Origin: Dehalococcoidia bacterium
Lineage (GTDB): Bacteria; Chloroflexota; Dehalococcoidia; Lucifugimonadales; Australimonadaceae
NCBI GenBank assembly: GCA_965220205.1
Contig: OZ244812.1
Location: forward strand, 2,195,307 to 2,259,306
Direction: 5' to 3'
Length of the DNA: 64,000 nucleotides
Each line of letters begins with the position of its first letter. Positions within the stretch are counted from its first letter, which is position 1. The notes under the pieces were generated by a model. It made no database searches, was not told where the DNA came from, and was given only the letters and a program-made list of their open reading frames with translations. Below are positions 49,433-58,639 of this stretch, one piece after another. The position numbers and the translations under genes are program-made.

Positions 49433-50185
49433 TCAGATGAACGCGACCATTTCGATCGCGACCTCAAACCGGCCCGATATGAAGTTGACCAACTGATGCA
49501 GCTGGGGCCGCTCGGCCGGATCGGGGAAACGCTCCTCGAAGACGCGCCGCGCGACCGGGATGTAGCCGGCCTCTCTACCGAACATGGTCAGTTGCACGAT
49601 GCTGGCGGGAGCGCCTCCCGCGAGGCCCGCCAGCGTCGCGAGATTGGCGAGGGTCTGGACCGTTTCCGCCTCGACGCCGCCCGCGACTACCTCGCCTGTC
49701 GCTGGGTCGTGACCGTGGCATCGCGAGGTGAAGAACCAGTTGCCTATCCGCACCGACGGGTCTCGCGCTCGGACGTTCGGGATGTCGATGCGCGTGCGTC
49801 GCTCGCCCGCCAGCGCGACTGCGTCCAGGCGAACGAGGCGGCCCGCTGGCAGATCGGCGGTGAGCGCCTTGAACGCGGGACGGTCCTGAGCGTCCGGGAA
49901 GAGCGCCTCCCACGGCTCGTAGGCGGGCTCGCGGTCCTCGGCGCTCGTCACGAACACGGTCGCCCTCGCCACGTTGTCCAGGCCGCACCCAGCTCGTCCA
50001 AGCAGGGCGTCGAGGCGATCGAGGGCGACGCTCATCTGACCACGAACGTCGCCGCCGGGGTCGCCGCTCACCGGGTCGACTCCCGCGACGGAGGCGTACA
50101 CCGTGTCGTTGACTCGGATCCCGAGCGGGACTGTCGCCCGCCGGTCCGAAGGGTACACGTCGAAAACGCGCCGCAAATCGGTCAT
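49433..50185 (-). CDS. Tandem two-domain Rid/YjgF-family protein 2
   Basis: WEALFPDAQDRPA; second domain FPDPAERP..IEMVA. Confidence 0.82.
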   Translation of the reverse strand: MTDLRRVFDVYPSDRRATVPLGIRVNDTVYASVAGVDPVSGDPGGDVRGQMSVALDRLDALLGRAGCGLDNVARATVFVTSAEDREPAYEPWEALFPDAQDRPAFKALTADLPAGRLVRLDAVALAGERRTRIDIPNVRARDPSVRIGNWFFTSRCHGHDPATGEVVAGGVEAETVQTLANLATLAGLAGGAPASIVQLTMFGREAGYIPVARRVFEERFPDPAERPQLHQLVNFISGRFEVAIEMVAFI

Positions 50186-51477
50186 CAGCGGTCCTTGGGG
50201 ACGCCCCCGTACTCTAGCTCGAACAGATACGGAGCAAGGTCGTCGACCCATCGCTCCGCCGATGGGAGGACGGTCTCGTACGAGCGAACGCGGTACACGT
50301 CTTCGCCGAGGCCGACGGGGTCGCCGCCGTCCTCCACAGTCCTGGCAGCCTGCGTCAGCAGCTTACGCGCCATGATGATGGCCCGGTCGGTCGTGCCGAG
50401 GTGCTCCTCGTTGCGCTCGCAGATGGGCCCCATCGTTTCCTGGATGGCCCGGTCCTGAGTGTTCTGGCCGAAGATGCCCGTGAAGTTGACCGTGCGCTGG
50501 GCCTCGCGGTCAATCATCCAACGGTTCTCACGGTTCTTGTGGGACCTGAACGTGACGGGGTCCACGTCCTCTCCGAACGAGTTTCCCGATCCCTTCTGGG
50601 CCATCTCATTCTCGGACAGAGGCTCTGAACCGTACGTCCAGGTGAGATTCCAGACCATGGTCGTCTCGTCGTCCATGGGGACCCAGATGTGACTGTTGAC
50701 ACGCGGGCGGTTCTCCGATTCTGCGTTGAACAGCAGCGGCCGGTATTGATGAAACGGCATGATGAGGTGGTAGGCGCGGACGTAGTCTGTGCCCTCGGCC
50801 ATGCGCCGGATCCCCGCGTAGGTGAACCCGTAGTCCGTGGGCACGACTTCGACGTCCACGGCGTACGAGATCGAGCGGGCGCTCTCCATCGCGGAGTAGC
50901 CCGCCCCCTTGAGGTTCCGATGCAGGAAGCCGGTGTGCACGGTGTCGATGCCGCCTTCGAGACCCTGGAGCCAGTTGCACTCCTGGACTACCTTCATCAC
51001 GCTCCGCTGGTTGGCGGGGACCGCGGTCCAGTCCAGCTTCGGAAGCGGGGGCGTCTTGTCGGGCGGTCCCATGTAGACCCAGACGACGCCGCCCAGTTCC
51101 GCGGTCTTGTACGCCTTGATGCGCACCTTGTCCTTGAAGTTGGATGTCGGGGGCTCTGACGGCATGTCGACGCAGGCGCCGCTCACGTCGAACTTCCACC
51201 CGTGGTACACGCACCGGAGGCCGTTCTCCTCGTTGCGGCCCCAGAACAGACCGGCGCGGCGGTGGGGACACTTGTTCTGCACAACGCCGATGCGGCCGCT
51301 CGTGTCCCGGAACGCGACCAGCGTCTCGCCGAGCAGCTTGAACTCGACGGGCGGGCAGTCCGGGCCGGGGAGCTCCCAATCGATGAGCGCCGGAAGCCAA
51401 TAGCGCCGCATCAAGTCGCCCATTGGCGTTCCCCAGCTGGTGCGGGCGAGGTACTCGTTCTGCTCTGTGGTTAGCAT
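50185..51477 (-). CDS. Rieske non-heme iron oxygenase (phthalate 4,5-dioxygenase-like alpha subunit)
   Basis: CPHR..CVYHGWKF Rieske motif; EGGIDTVHTGFLH; QDRAIQE. Confidence 0.92.
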   Translation of the reverse strand: MLTTEQNEYLARTSWGTPMGDLMRRYWLPALIDWELPGPDCPPVEFKLLGETLVAFRDTSGRIGVVQNKCPHRRAGLFWGRNEENGLRCVYHGWKFDVSGACVDMPSEPPTSNFKDKVRIKAYKTAELGGVVWVYMGPPDKTPPLPKLDWTAVPANQRSVMKVVQECNWLQGLEGGIDTVHTGFLHRNLKGAGYSAMESARSISYAVDVEVVPTDYGFTYAGIRRMAEGTDYVRAYHLIMPFHQYRPLLFNAESENRPRVNSHIWVPMDDETTMVWNLTWTYGSEPLSENEMAQKGSGNSFGEDVDPVTFRSHKNRENRWMIDREAQRTVNFTGIFGQNTQDRAIQETMGPICERNEEHLGTTDRAIIMARKLLTQAARTVEDGGDPVGLGEDVYRVRSYETVLPSAERWVDDLAPYLFELEYGGVPKDR

Positions 51478-51543
51478 TAGTGACTCCTTTCAGTCCGGTT
51501 GCCGCCTACGAGGCGACTGGGGCAGCCCTCACAGCGTGGTGCG

Positions 51544-52329
51544 TCAGAGAACGCCGATGACCTTCACCATGACCTTCAACGCTCCGTTGCCTCCGAGCGC
51601 GAGGACGGTGTCTTGACGGTTCGGCGGGTCGGCGAACCCGCCGAACGCATCTTCCCAACACTGGTCGACGAACTGCTTGAACGCGGGGTCGATCATGAAG
51701 GTCTGCACGTTGATCGCGCTCCGCAGCGACCCGCCAGCCAACTCGAGCAAGGTCGCCATGTTCTGGAAGGCGCACCGCGCTTGCTCCTCGGGGTCGTCGC
51801 TGTTCACCTCTCCCGTCCGGGGGAGGATGCGCGACGAGAACACCATATTGCCGATCTTCACCCCCATGGGGATCGGATTGTGGTGGGCTATTCCGGGAAT
51901 CTCGATCACCTCTCTCCTGGCCCCCGCCACAGCAATCACTTGCATCTGAAACAACATCGGCCCCGGCAGGTCGCTGTCCAACGCGACCTGGATGTAGGTC
52001 GGGCGGTCGGTGGGAGACGGGAACATCTCCGTCCACGACGGGTTGATGGCGTCGCGGTGCTCGTTGTCTCGCGAGTACAGCATCACGTGAGCGATGTTGT
52101 CGACGGACGCGCCCGCCTGCTCGACCATTCCGCGCATGTTGCGGAAGGCCTGGGCCATCTGCGCCTCCGGGCCCTGCGGGAACACGCCGGTCCCGGGCTC
52201 CGACCCATCAATCCGCCCCGAGTAGATGACGTCGCCTATCCTCACGCCCAAGGGGACGTGCGGCCTCGTCGTCGGGCCGAAGATCTCAGAGTACCGCTGT
52301 AGGCCGTTCACCACGTAGACATCTCCCAC
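51544..52329 (-). CDS. Tandem two-domain Rid/YjgF-family protein 3
   Basis: INPSWTEMFP..RP; HHNPIPMGVKIGNMVFSS. Confidence 0.85.
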   Translation of the reverse strand: MGDVYVVNGLQRYSEIFGPTTRPHVPLGVRIGDVIYSGRIDGSEPGTGVFPQGPEAQMAQAFRNMRGMVEQAGASVDNIAHVMLYSRDNEHRDAINPSWTEMFPSPTDRPTYIQVALDSDLPGPMLFQMQVIAVAGARREVIEIPGIAHHNPIPMGVKIGNMVFSSRILPRTGEVNSDDPEEQARCAFQNMATLLELAGGSLRSAINVQTFMIDPAFKQFVDQCWEDAFGGFADPPNRQDTVLALGGNGALKVMVKVIGVL

Positions 52330-52339
52330 TTCATCGCCG

Positions 52340-52777
52340 TCACGACCATCCGCGGCGGTGCGTCAGTTCCAACCCGAGAGCGTTCAGCGCGAAATCGGCG
52401 AGCTCCTCGTCCTGCGGCCCGCCTCCGGCCACGCCCACGCCGCCGACCACCTGACCGTTCGAGACGGCCGTCACGCCGCCCGCCAGCGTCGTGATCAGCG
52501 GGTCGGCGCCCCAGTCGAGTTGCGACGTTGGCTTCTCTTGGAACCATTCGAACAGGCCGGCCGTGTCGCGCTCGAATACGGCGGCCGAGTAGGCCTTGCG
52601 TATCGCCGTGTGGATGTAGCGGACTGCGCGCTCGTCCATCCGCGCGGCGCCGATCAGACCGCCGGCCTTATCGACGACGGCCACCGCGACCGGCCTGTTC
52701 AACTCGCGCGCACGAGCGATCGTCGCGTTGATGGAGCGCAGCGCCTCTTCCAGTCCAAGCGTTTCCATCTGTAGCAT
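52340..52777 (-). CDS. GlcG/HbpS family heme-binding protein 1
   Basis: VAVAVVDKAG..RMD..KAYSA..GG..VGGVGVAGG..DEE. Confidence 0.9.
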   Translation of the reverse strand: MLQMETLGLEEALRSINATIARARELNRPVAVAVVDKAGGLIGAARMDERAVRYIHTAIRKAYSAAVFERDTAGLFEWFQEKPTSQLDWGADPLITTLAGGVTAVSNGQVVGGVGVAGGGPQDEELADFALNALGLELTHRRGWS

Positions 52778-52815
52778 CGGCAACGCTTTCTCCTGATAGC
52801 CGTGGCACGGGCAGG

Positions 52816-53580
52816 CTAGGCCCGGAGATCGGCTATGACCTTCACCATCACCATGTTGCGTCCCGGCAGCTTCGTGACGATGTCGTGCCGGTCTGGGCCG
52901 GACCCAGCCGGGAACATCTGCCGCCAAGCCGCGTCGGCGGCCGGTCGGTGAGCGGCGTCGCTGAGAAACACGGTCACCTGCGCCGCATCGTCGAGGGTCC
53001 CGCCGGCCAGCTCCAGCAGCCGCTTCATGTTACCCAACGTGGTCGTCGCCTGCTCGTCCGCGGTCTCGCCCTGAGCCCCGGAGTCGGGGTCCCGCGAGAG
53101 GATCCGAGAGGAGAAGACCAGACTGCCCACCCGCGCGCCCATCGGAATGGGGTTCCCATGACTCAGGCCCGGCATCTCGATTGCGGCGCGGATCTGCCCG
53201 GCCACGGCGACGGACTGGAGCTGGACGCGGAGTCCAGCGGGCAGCGGCGCCTCGAGGAAGATATAGGGAGGACGGCTCTCCGGGTCCGGGAACAGCTCGA
53301 CCCAGGGCGGGTTGATGGCGCTCGTATCCGCCAGGTCCCTGAGCAGAATCGTGACGTGGCCGACGTTCTCCTGGCCCGCCCCAGCCCGCTTGAGGGCCGC
53401 CTGCAAGTTGGCGAAAGCGAGCGTCATCTCCTCATCGACACGGTCGGGGACGACGCCGGTCGCCATGTCCATGCCCCAGACTGCGCCCGAGTAGACGAGG
53501 TCGCCGACGCGCACGCCCTGGCCCACGGGCACAACGGATGAACCCGGAAGCTCCGCGTATGTCCGATGCTGCGTCGCCAT
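52816..53580 (-). CDS. Tandem two-domain Rid/YjgF-family protein 4
   Basis: INPPWVELFPDPESRP; HGNPIPMGARVGSLVFSS. Confidence 0.85.
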   Translation of the reverse strand: MATQHRTYAELPGSSVVPVGQGVRVGDLVYSGAVWGMDMATGVVPDRVDEEMTLAFANLQAALKRAGAGQENVGHVTILLRDLADTSAINPPWVELFPDPESRPPYIFLEAPLPAGLRVQLQSVAVAGQIRAAIEMPGLSHGNPIPMGARVGSLVFSSRILSRDPDSGAQGETADEQATTTLGNMKRLLELAGGTLDDAAQVTVFLSDAAHRPAADAAWRQMFPAGSGPDRHDIVTKLPGRNMVMVKVIADLRA

Positions 53581-53589
53581 GAAGCCTCG

Positions 53590-54057
53590 TTACGACCCGT
53601 CCTCGCGATGACGCAGGCCCGGGCCCATCGCCAAGAGTCCGACCTCGGCTATCTCTTCATCCCTCATCCACGCCCCGCCGCCAGCGACGCCGATGGCGCC
53701 GATCACCTCGTCTTCGGCGATCGCCACGAGGCCGCCCGGCAACGTCGTGATCATCGGGTCCCGGCCCCAGTCGAGCTGATTGGTCGGCTTCGCCTTGTAC
53801 CATGCTTGCAGACCGAGCGTGTCGCGCTCGAACACGGCCGCGGTGTATGCCTTGCGGATAGCGTTGTCCACGAACCTCGACGCCTTGCCGTCGATCCGCA
53901 ATGCGGCAATCAGTCCGCCGAAGCGGTCGACGACCGCTACCGCCGCCGCCTGGTCCCGCTCCGCGCACAGGTCGGTCACTGCGTCCAGGGCCCGCTTGGC
54001 TTCCACCATCCCGAGGCTTGCTACCGTTCTCATAAGCGCTCCGGACAGCCCCTCCAT
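53590..54057 (-). CDS. GlcG/HbpS family heme-binding protein 2
   Basis: AVAVVDRFG..KAYTA..PGG..IGAIGVAGG..DEE. Confidence 0.9.
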   Translation of the reverse strand: MEGLSGALMRTVASLGMVEAKRALDAVTDLCAERDQAAAVAVVDRFGGLIAALRIDGKASRFVDNAIRKAYTAAVFERDTLGLQAWYKAKPTNQLDWGRDPMITTLPGGLVAIAEDEVIGAIGVAGGGAWMRDEEIAEVGLLAMGPGLRHREDGS

Positions 54058-54082
54058 CGTGTGGGGAGCGGCGACGAACTGA

Positions 54083-55900
54083 TCAAGTCCTCACTCCCAC
54101 CGCGGCGGTGGCAGCGGAGGGCGGGGCGCCTTCCGCCCCCTTCCGAAGTCTCGTACCGTGTTGCACGCCCATGCGCAGGCCGAACGCCCGCATCACGAGG
54201 GCAATCCCGACGGTTAGCGCCATGATGAACAGTGAGACGATCCCCGCTTCTTCCCGCAGGCCGACTCCCGGCGAGTTGAACTCCAGCGCTAGGAGCGACA
54301 GCGTCATCGTCTCCCGCGACGCCAGCAGGATGATGCTGCTGGTCGTGCCGGCGGCCAGCACGAAGTTCATCGTCGCGAGCAGGACCATAGTCGGCATCAG
54401 CAACGGCAGCCATATGCGGAAGTAGGTCCCGATCCAACCCGCGCCAGAGACGCGCGCCTGTTCTTCCATGTCCGCGCCGACCTGGACGTACACCCCCTTG
54501 GTGATGTTCGTCCCGGTCGTGTTGCCCTGAATAACGACGACGAGCAGAAGGGCCCAGATTGTCCCGTAGAGGAACGTCAGGACGGGAGTTCCGAGGAACA
54601 GCATGAGGAGGCCGAGCCCCGCGAGGATGCCCGGGACGGCGGCCGAGCCCCAGATGATGAGATCGAGCGCCCACCGGCCCCGCCAGGTGGTGCGCACGAG
54701 GATGTACGCGAGCAACGAGAACAGGAGCGGGCTCGCCAACGCGGCGGTAATGGCGAGAGCCAGCGTAGTGCGCAACGACCGCAGGAACAGCTCGTCGCCG
54801 AGGACGAGCCGCCAGTGGTCCAACGTCCAAGTGGGCGTGATCTGGAAGAAGCCGGCGCGCGTCATGAAGCTGCCCCAGACGAGGACGAACGCGGGCGCGA
54901 GCGTCAGCAGCACGATGAGCGCGACGATCGCCGCGAACAGCACGATGTTCCAGCGGCCGAAGTCGATAAGCCCGGGCCGGAACTGGCCGGAGATGGTCGT
55001 GTAGCGGCGGCGGGAGAGAATCCACCGCTGGAGCGGGATGATGAACGCGATCACGAGCAGAGTGACGCTGGCGAGCACGGTCGCCTGTCCGTACAAGGGT
55101 GGTTCAGCCGACCGCACCATCTCGAATATCAGCGTCGAGTACACGAAGAACCCGAAGGGGATGCCCAACAAGAACTCCGTCTCGAAGGACTGGAAGATGC
55201 GGATCATCTGCAGGGCGAAGACCAGGACCATCGGCGAAATCATGAGCGGCAGCGTGACGCGCGCCATCGTGCGGAGGTTGGAGGCCCCGCCGACCCGGGC
55301 GGCCTCCTCCATCGTGGCGTCCATGTTGCGGAAGGCCGGGGTCAGCAGCATGACTTTGATCGAGATGCCGTTGGCCATGACATGCGCCCACACGATGCCA
55401 GGGACGCTGAAGATGTTGAACGGGCCACGGTCGAAGAACGGCAGCTTGGCCACGAGTGTGTTGACAAACCCGATGTCCGGGTCGGCGAGCATGATCCAGC
55501 CGATGGTTGTCGCGATGCTCGGCATCATGAACGACACCCAGAACATGAACTCCAACCCATGGCTGAACGGGATCTTCGTCCGTGCCAACGTCCACGAGAT
55601 CAGGACGGCTACCGGGAAGCTGATGCCGACCACCAGCGCCCAGATCATGATGCTGTTCCAGAGAGACCCCAGGAGACGGGGCTCGTTCAGCCCGTCGCGC
55701 CAGTTGTCGAGCCCCCACTGGCGCGGACCGACGAACACCTCCGGAGCAGTGTTGAAGCTGTTGACGAGCAGCAGCAGGACGGGATAGATGAGGTAGAAGC
55801 CGAGCGTGATGAGCACCAACGCCATGACGAACGTGCTCGGCCCCGGGCGCAGCCTACGAATGACGCCGCCCCTGTCGCCTGCCGTCCTTACGGTCGCCAT
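54083..55900 (-). CDS. ABC transporter permease (FbpB-type, fused double domain)
   Basis: Two EAA-type loops (MEEAARVGGA, MEEQARVSGA); about 12 TM segments. Confidence 0.92.
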   Translation of the reverse strand: MATVRTAGDRGGVIRRLRPGPSTFVMALVLITLGFYLIYPVLLLLVNSFNTAPEVFVGPRQWGLDNWRDGLNEPRLLGSLWNSIMIWALVVGISFPVAVLISWTLARTKIPFSHGLEFMFWVSFMMPSIATTIGWIMLADPDIGFVNTLVAKLPFFDRGPFNIFSVPGIVWAHVMANGISIKVMLLTPAFRNMDATMEEAARVGGASNLRTMARVTLPLMISPMVLVFALQMIRIFQSFETEFLLGIPFGFFVYSTLIFEMVRSAEPPLYGQATVLASVTLLVIAFIIPLQRWILSRRRYTTISGQFRPGLIDFGRWNIVLFAAIVALIVLLTLAPAFVLVWGSFMTRAGFFQITPTWTLDHWRLVLGDELFLRSLRTTLALAITAALASPLLFSLLAYILVRTTWRGRWALDLIIWGSAAVPGILAGLGLLMLFLGTPVLTFLYGTIWALLLVVVIQGNTTGTNITKGVYVQVGADMEEQARVSGAGWIGTYFRIWLPLLMPTMVLLATMNFVLAAGTTSSIILLASRETMTLSLLALEFNSPGVGLREEAGIVSLFIMALTVGIALVMRAFGLRMGVQHGTRLRKGAEGAPPSAATAAVGVRT

Positions 55901-55993
55901 ACGCCCACCTCGACGTTCCTACGCCGCGCTGCCGTCGCGCTCCCCGAATCACGCCAGCGCCCTGGGTCGCGCCTACCGCGCGACCTCCGTCGT

Positions 55994-57301
55994 CTAGCGT
56001 TGAGCGAGCGCCTCCTGGTACGTCCTGGTCGTGAACTCGAGGGCGGCGTCCGTCTGCGACACAAACTCCGGCGAGGTCGATATCGCGAGGTACTCCACAC
56101 CGGGTATGCGGCGGTCTTCCCGATCCGTGTTGCCGAGCGGGATGCCGTCTTCCCTGAGGCTTGGCGCCGGCTGCGGGGCGACGTTGTGCACCAACGTCTG
56201 CCCCTCCTTCGATAGGAACCAGTTCAGGTAGAGCTTCGCCGCGTTCGGGTGCGGCCCGCTGTCTACGACCACGATGTTGGACGAGCTGCTCGTCGTCGAT
56301 AGGATGGGGCGCTCCTTGAATGGCTTGTTGATCCGGGCGACCGGGAGCCCCTGCTCGGCGAGCTCGTCGATGTCGCCTCCGGCGGTCGCGATGTTGATGC
56401 CCATGGCGAACTTGCCGAGGGACACGCCGTCCGTTATGGACCGGTACTCCGGGTTGAACTCTACGTCCATCTCGTTATAGAAGCGCGTGATCCACTCGGG
56501 GCCGACGTCCGGGTGCACGTAAGCCGTGTACATCGTGGAGGGCAGGTACGATGGCGAGAGCGTGACGATCTGGCCCTTCCACTTCGGGTCCAAGTAGTCG
56601 TAGACAGACCGCATCGCGTCGACGTCCGCTTGCGTCACGAGGTCGGTGTTGTAGCGCATGCCGAGGTTGTAGTTATTGCCGGACGCCGAATAGGCGAAGA
56701 TGTACTTCTGTTCGAGGTCGGTCCACCAGTGCTTCTGCTGGTACCAGTTAGACAGGTCCGTGACCTCGGGGTGCACCAACAAGGGCGCGATGGGCACGAG
56801 CACGTCGTTCGGGACGAACCGCGTCTTCGCCGTGTTGCCGCCGCTGTGAATGATGTCGACGGTGTACTTGCCCGCCGCGCGCTCCGCGAGAATGCGGTCC
56901 GCGGTCGCGCGCCCGCCGCCGGTCGAGACGGTGGCCTCAATGCCAAACTGCTCCGAGAACGCTTCCAGGATCGGCCTGAAGTTTCGAGTCGCGCTGCCGC
57001 CGGCGGTCGCCGCGAACAGCTCGCCCTCTGCCTGGGCGGCAGCGATGAGCGCCTCCCACTCAGGCTGGAAGGCGACGATGGGGTCCACCGTCGGGGTGGG
57101 AGTCGGACCCGGGGCAGGCCGAGGCGTTGGGACGGTCGTCGCGCCCGGCGCGGGCGTGGGGACCGGCGCGGGCGTCGGCGTCGGGACCGGCGTGGCGGTC
57201 GGACGCGGCGTCGGCGTTGGGTCGCTTCCGCAGGCCGCGAGGACGAGCACCGCCGCCAGGGATCCGGCTATCGCGGCCGACTTCAACCATGTCGACTTCA
57301 T
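55994..57301 (-). CDS. ABC transporter substrate-binding lipoprotein (AfuA/Fe3+/thiamine-like family)
   Basis: Lipobox LAAC; Pro/Thr linker; LIAAAQAEG, DPKWKG, PHPNAAKLYLNWFLSKEGQ. Confidence 0.9.
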   Translation of the reverse strand: MKSTWLKSAAIAGSLAAVLVLAACGSDPTPTPRPTATPVPTPTPAPVPTPAPGATTVPTPRPAPGPTPTPTVDPIVAFQPEWEALIAAAQAEGELFAATAGGSATRNFRPILEAFSEQFGIEATVSTGGGRATADRILAERAAGKYTVDIIHSGGNTAKTRFVPNDVLVPIAPLLVHPEVTDLSNWYQQKHWWTDLEQKYIFAYSASGNNYNLGMRYNTDLVTQADVDAMRSVYDYLDPKWKGQIVTLSPSYLPSTMYTAYVHPDVGPEWITRFYNEMDVEFNPEYRSITDGVSLGKFAMGINIATAGGDIDELAEQGLPVARINKPFKERPILSTTSSSSNIVVVDSGPHPNAAKLYLNWFLSKEGQTLVHNVAPQPAPSLREDGIPLGNTDREDRRIPGVEYLAISTSPEFVSQTDAALEFTTRTYQEALAQR

Positions 57302-57458
57302 CTCTTGCCTCCGTGCGGGCGGCTAGATTCGCTACGCGCGGCGCCCCGCCATCGAACCGCCCGCGCCTGTGGGCGCGCAGAGAGAGACGGAACGAATTGC
57401 CGCGAACCTAGACCCCTCCGTAGCCACTGTCAAGCTCGCGGGCGCGACAGCCCGACAT

Positions 57459-57585
57459 GTAACTGTTCAGAGTTGGTGAGGCGAATGCCTGCGGAGAGCG
57501 TGGACAACGACCTAGCCAGAGGTCAAGCGTGCTATGGGCGGCGCCCCTGGTCGAGGCGGGTCTCACCTCAACTCTGAACAGTTAC
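57459..57585. mobile_element. 127-bp MITE with 17-bp terminal IRs and 8-bp target duplication
   Basis: GTAACTGTTCAGAGTTG...CAACTCTGAACAGTTAC flanked by CCCGACAT at 57451-57458 and 57586-57593. Confidence 0.9.
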
Positions 57586-57601
57586 CCCGACATGCGGACG
57601 A

Positions 57602-57630
57602 TTGACAGGACCATCCTCAGCCGCTATTGT
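57602..57630 (+). promoter_or_regulatory. Sigma70 promoter
   Basis: TTGACA-17 nt-TATTGT. Confidence 0.7.
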
Positions 57631-57633
57631 CGA

Positions 57634-57660
57634 TTAGCACTCTACGCCATCGGCTGCTAA
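57634..57660. promoter_or_regulatory. Second CIRCE element
   Basis: TTAGCACTC-N9-GGCTGCTAA, overlapping the likely transcription start. Confidence 0.9.
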
Positions 57661-57677
57661 CCAGTGGAGCGGGAACT

Positions 57678-58025
57678 GTGCCTCTCTACAGCTATCAATG
57701 CGACTCTTGCGGGAACGAGTTTGACCTGAGGCAGAGCTTCAGCGCCGAGCCAGTCCACGAGTGTCCGGCCTGCGCCAACACGGCGCGCAGGCGCATCCAC
57801 GCCGTGGGCGTGATCTACAAGGGCTCGGGGTTCTACACCACCGACTACGCGCGTAAGACGGACTCGTCCCAACAGTCGTCCGAGTCGTCGGGGGCTGATT
57901 CTTCGTCATCTTCATCGTCTGCATCTTCGTCTTCGTCGTCATCGTCTTCTGCCTCATCGTCGTCGTCCGAGTCTGGCTCGTCGACGAAGAAGGCATCCAC
58001 TACGGCCGAGTCCAGCAGCGGCTAG
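57678..58025 (+). CDS. FmdB-family zinc-ribbon protein with Ser-rich tail (Rv0991c/Ruc-like)
   Basis: (M)PLYSYQCDSCG..CPAC..YKGSGFYTTDY followed by a poly-Ser tail; GTG at 57678. Confidence 0.9.
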   Translation: MPLYSYQCDSCGNEFDLRQSFSAEPVHECPACANTARRRIHAVGVIYKGSGFYTTDYARKTDSSQQSSESSGADSSSSSSSASSSSSSSSSASSSSSESGSSTKKASTTAESSSG

Positions 58026-58032
58026 CCGCGCC

Positions 58033-58494
58033 ATGCGCGCCGTCATCCAGCGGGTGAGCCAGGCCGCGGCAGCAGCCGGCAACGAGACGCTCGGCGCCAT
58101 CGGCTCCGGCTTGGTCGTGCTCATCGCGGTGGGGCGTGACGACACGACCGAGGACGCCTCCTACCTCGTCGACAAGACCGTCCACATGCGGCTGTTTCCC
58201 GACGAACAAGGGCGGTTCGATCGCTCGGCGCTCGACGTAGGATGCGAGTTGTTAGTCGTCAGCCAGTTCACGCTGTACGGCGATACGCGGGCGGGCCGCA
58301 GGCCCTCATTCACGGCAGCGGCGCCGCCGGAGCAAGCCGCAGCGGCATTCGCGGACGTCGTGGAGCGCTTCCGCGCCACGGGCCTCGGCGTCGAGACGGG
58401 CAGGTTCCGCGAGATGATGCGCGTATCGTTGGTAAACGACGGCCCCGTCACGATCTGGATCGACACGGCGGAGCGGCACAGGCCGCGACGGTAG
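58033..58494 (+). CDS. dtd: D-aminoacyl-tRNA deacylase
   Basis: MRAVIQRV, VSQFTL, NDGPVT. Confidence 0.97.
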   Translation: MRAVIQRVSQAAAAAGNETLGAIGSGLVVLIAVGRDDTTEDASYLVDKTVHMRLFPDEQGRFDRSALDVGCELLVVSQFTLYGDTRAGRRPSFTAAAPPEQAAAAFADVVERFRATGLGVETGRFREMMRVSLVNDGPVTIWIDTAERHRPRR

Positions 58495-58639
58495 CGGCTG
58501 GCTCCCACGTAGCGCCCTCTCTCCGGCCCTCGGCTGAGCCGGAAACGCTCACGACACGGTAACGTTCCCTTAACGACGCGCGCGCATACGGTGTGCGAGG
58601 CTAGGCTTGAGCGATTGGCCTTTAGCACAGCGAGGCGCG

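Noticed and set aside
48659..54057. Bacterial microcompartment locus (GlcG-type genes can accompany BMCs)
   Set aside because: No BMC shell or vertex protein motifs in the window.
57095..57220. Repetitive GC-rich tract
   Set aside because: Encodes the Pro/Thr linker of the lipoprotein.
57880..58020. TCN-rich low-complexity repeat
   Set aside because: Encodes the Ser-rich tail of the FmdB-family protein; not an independent element.
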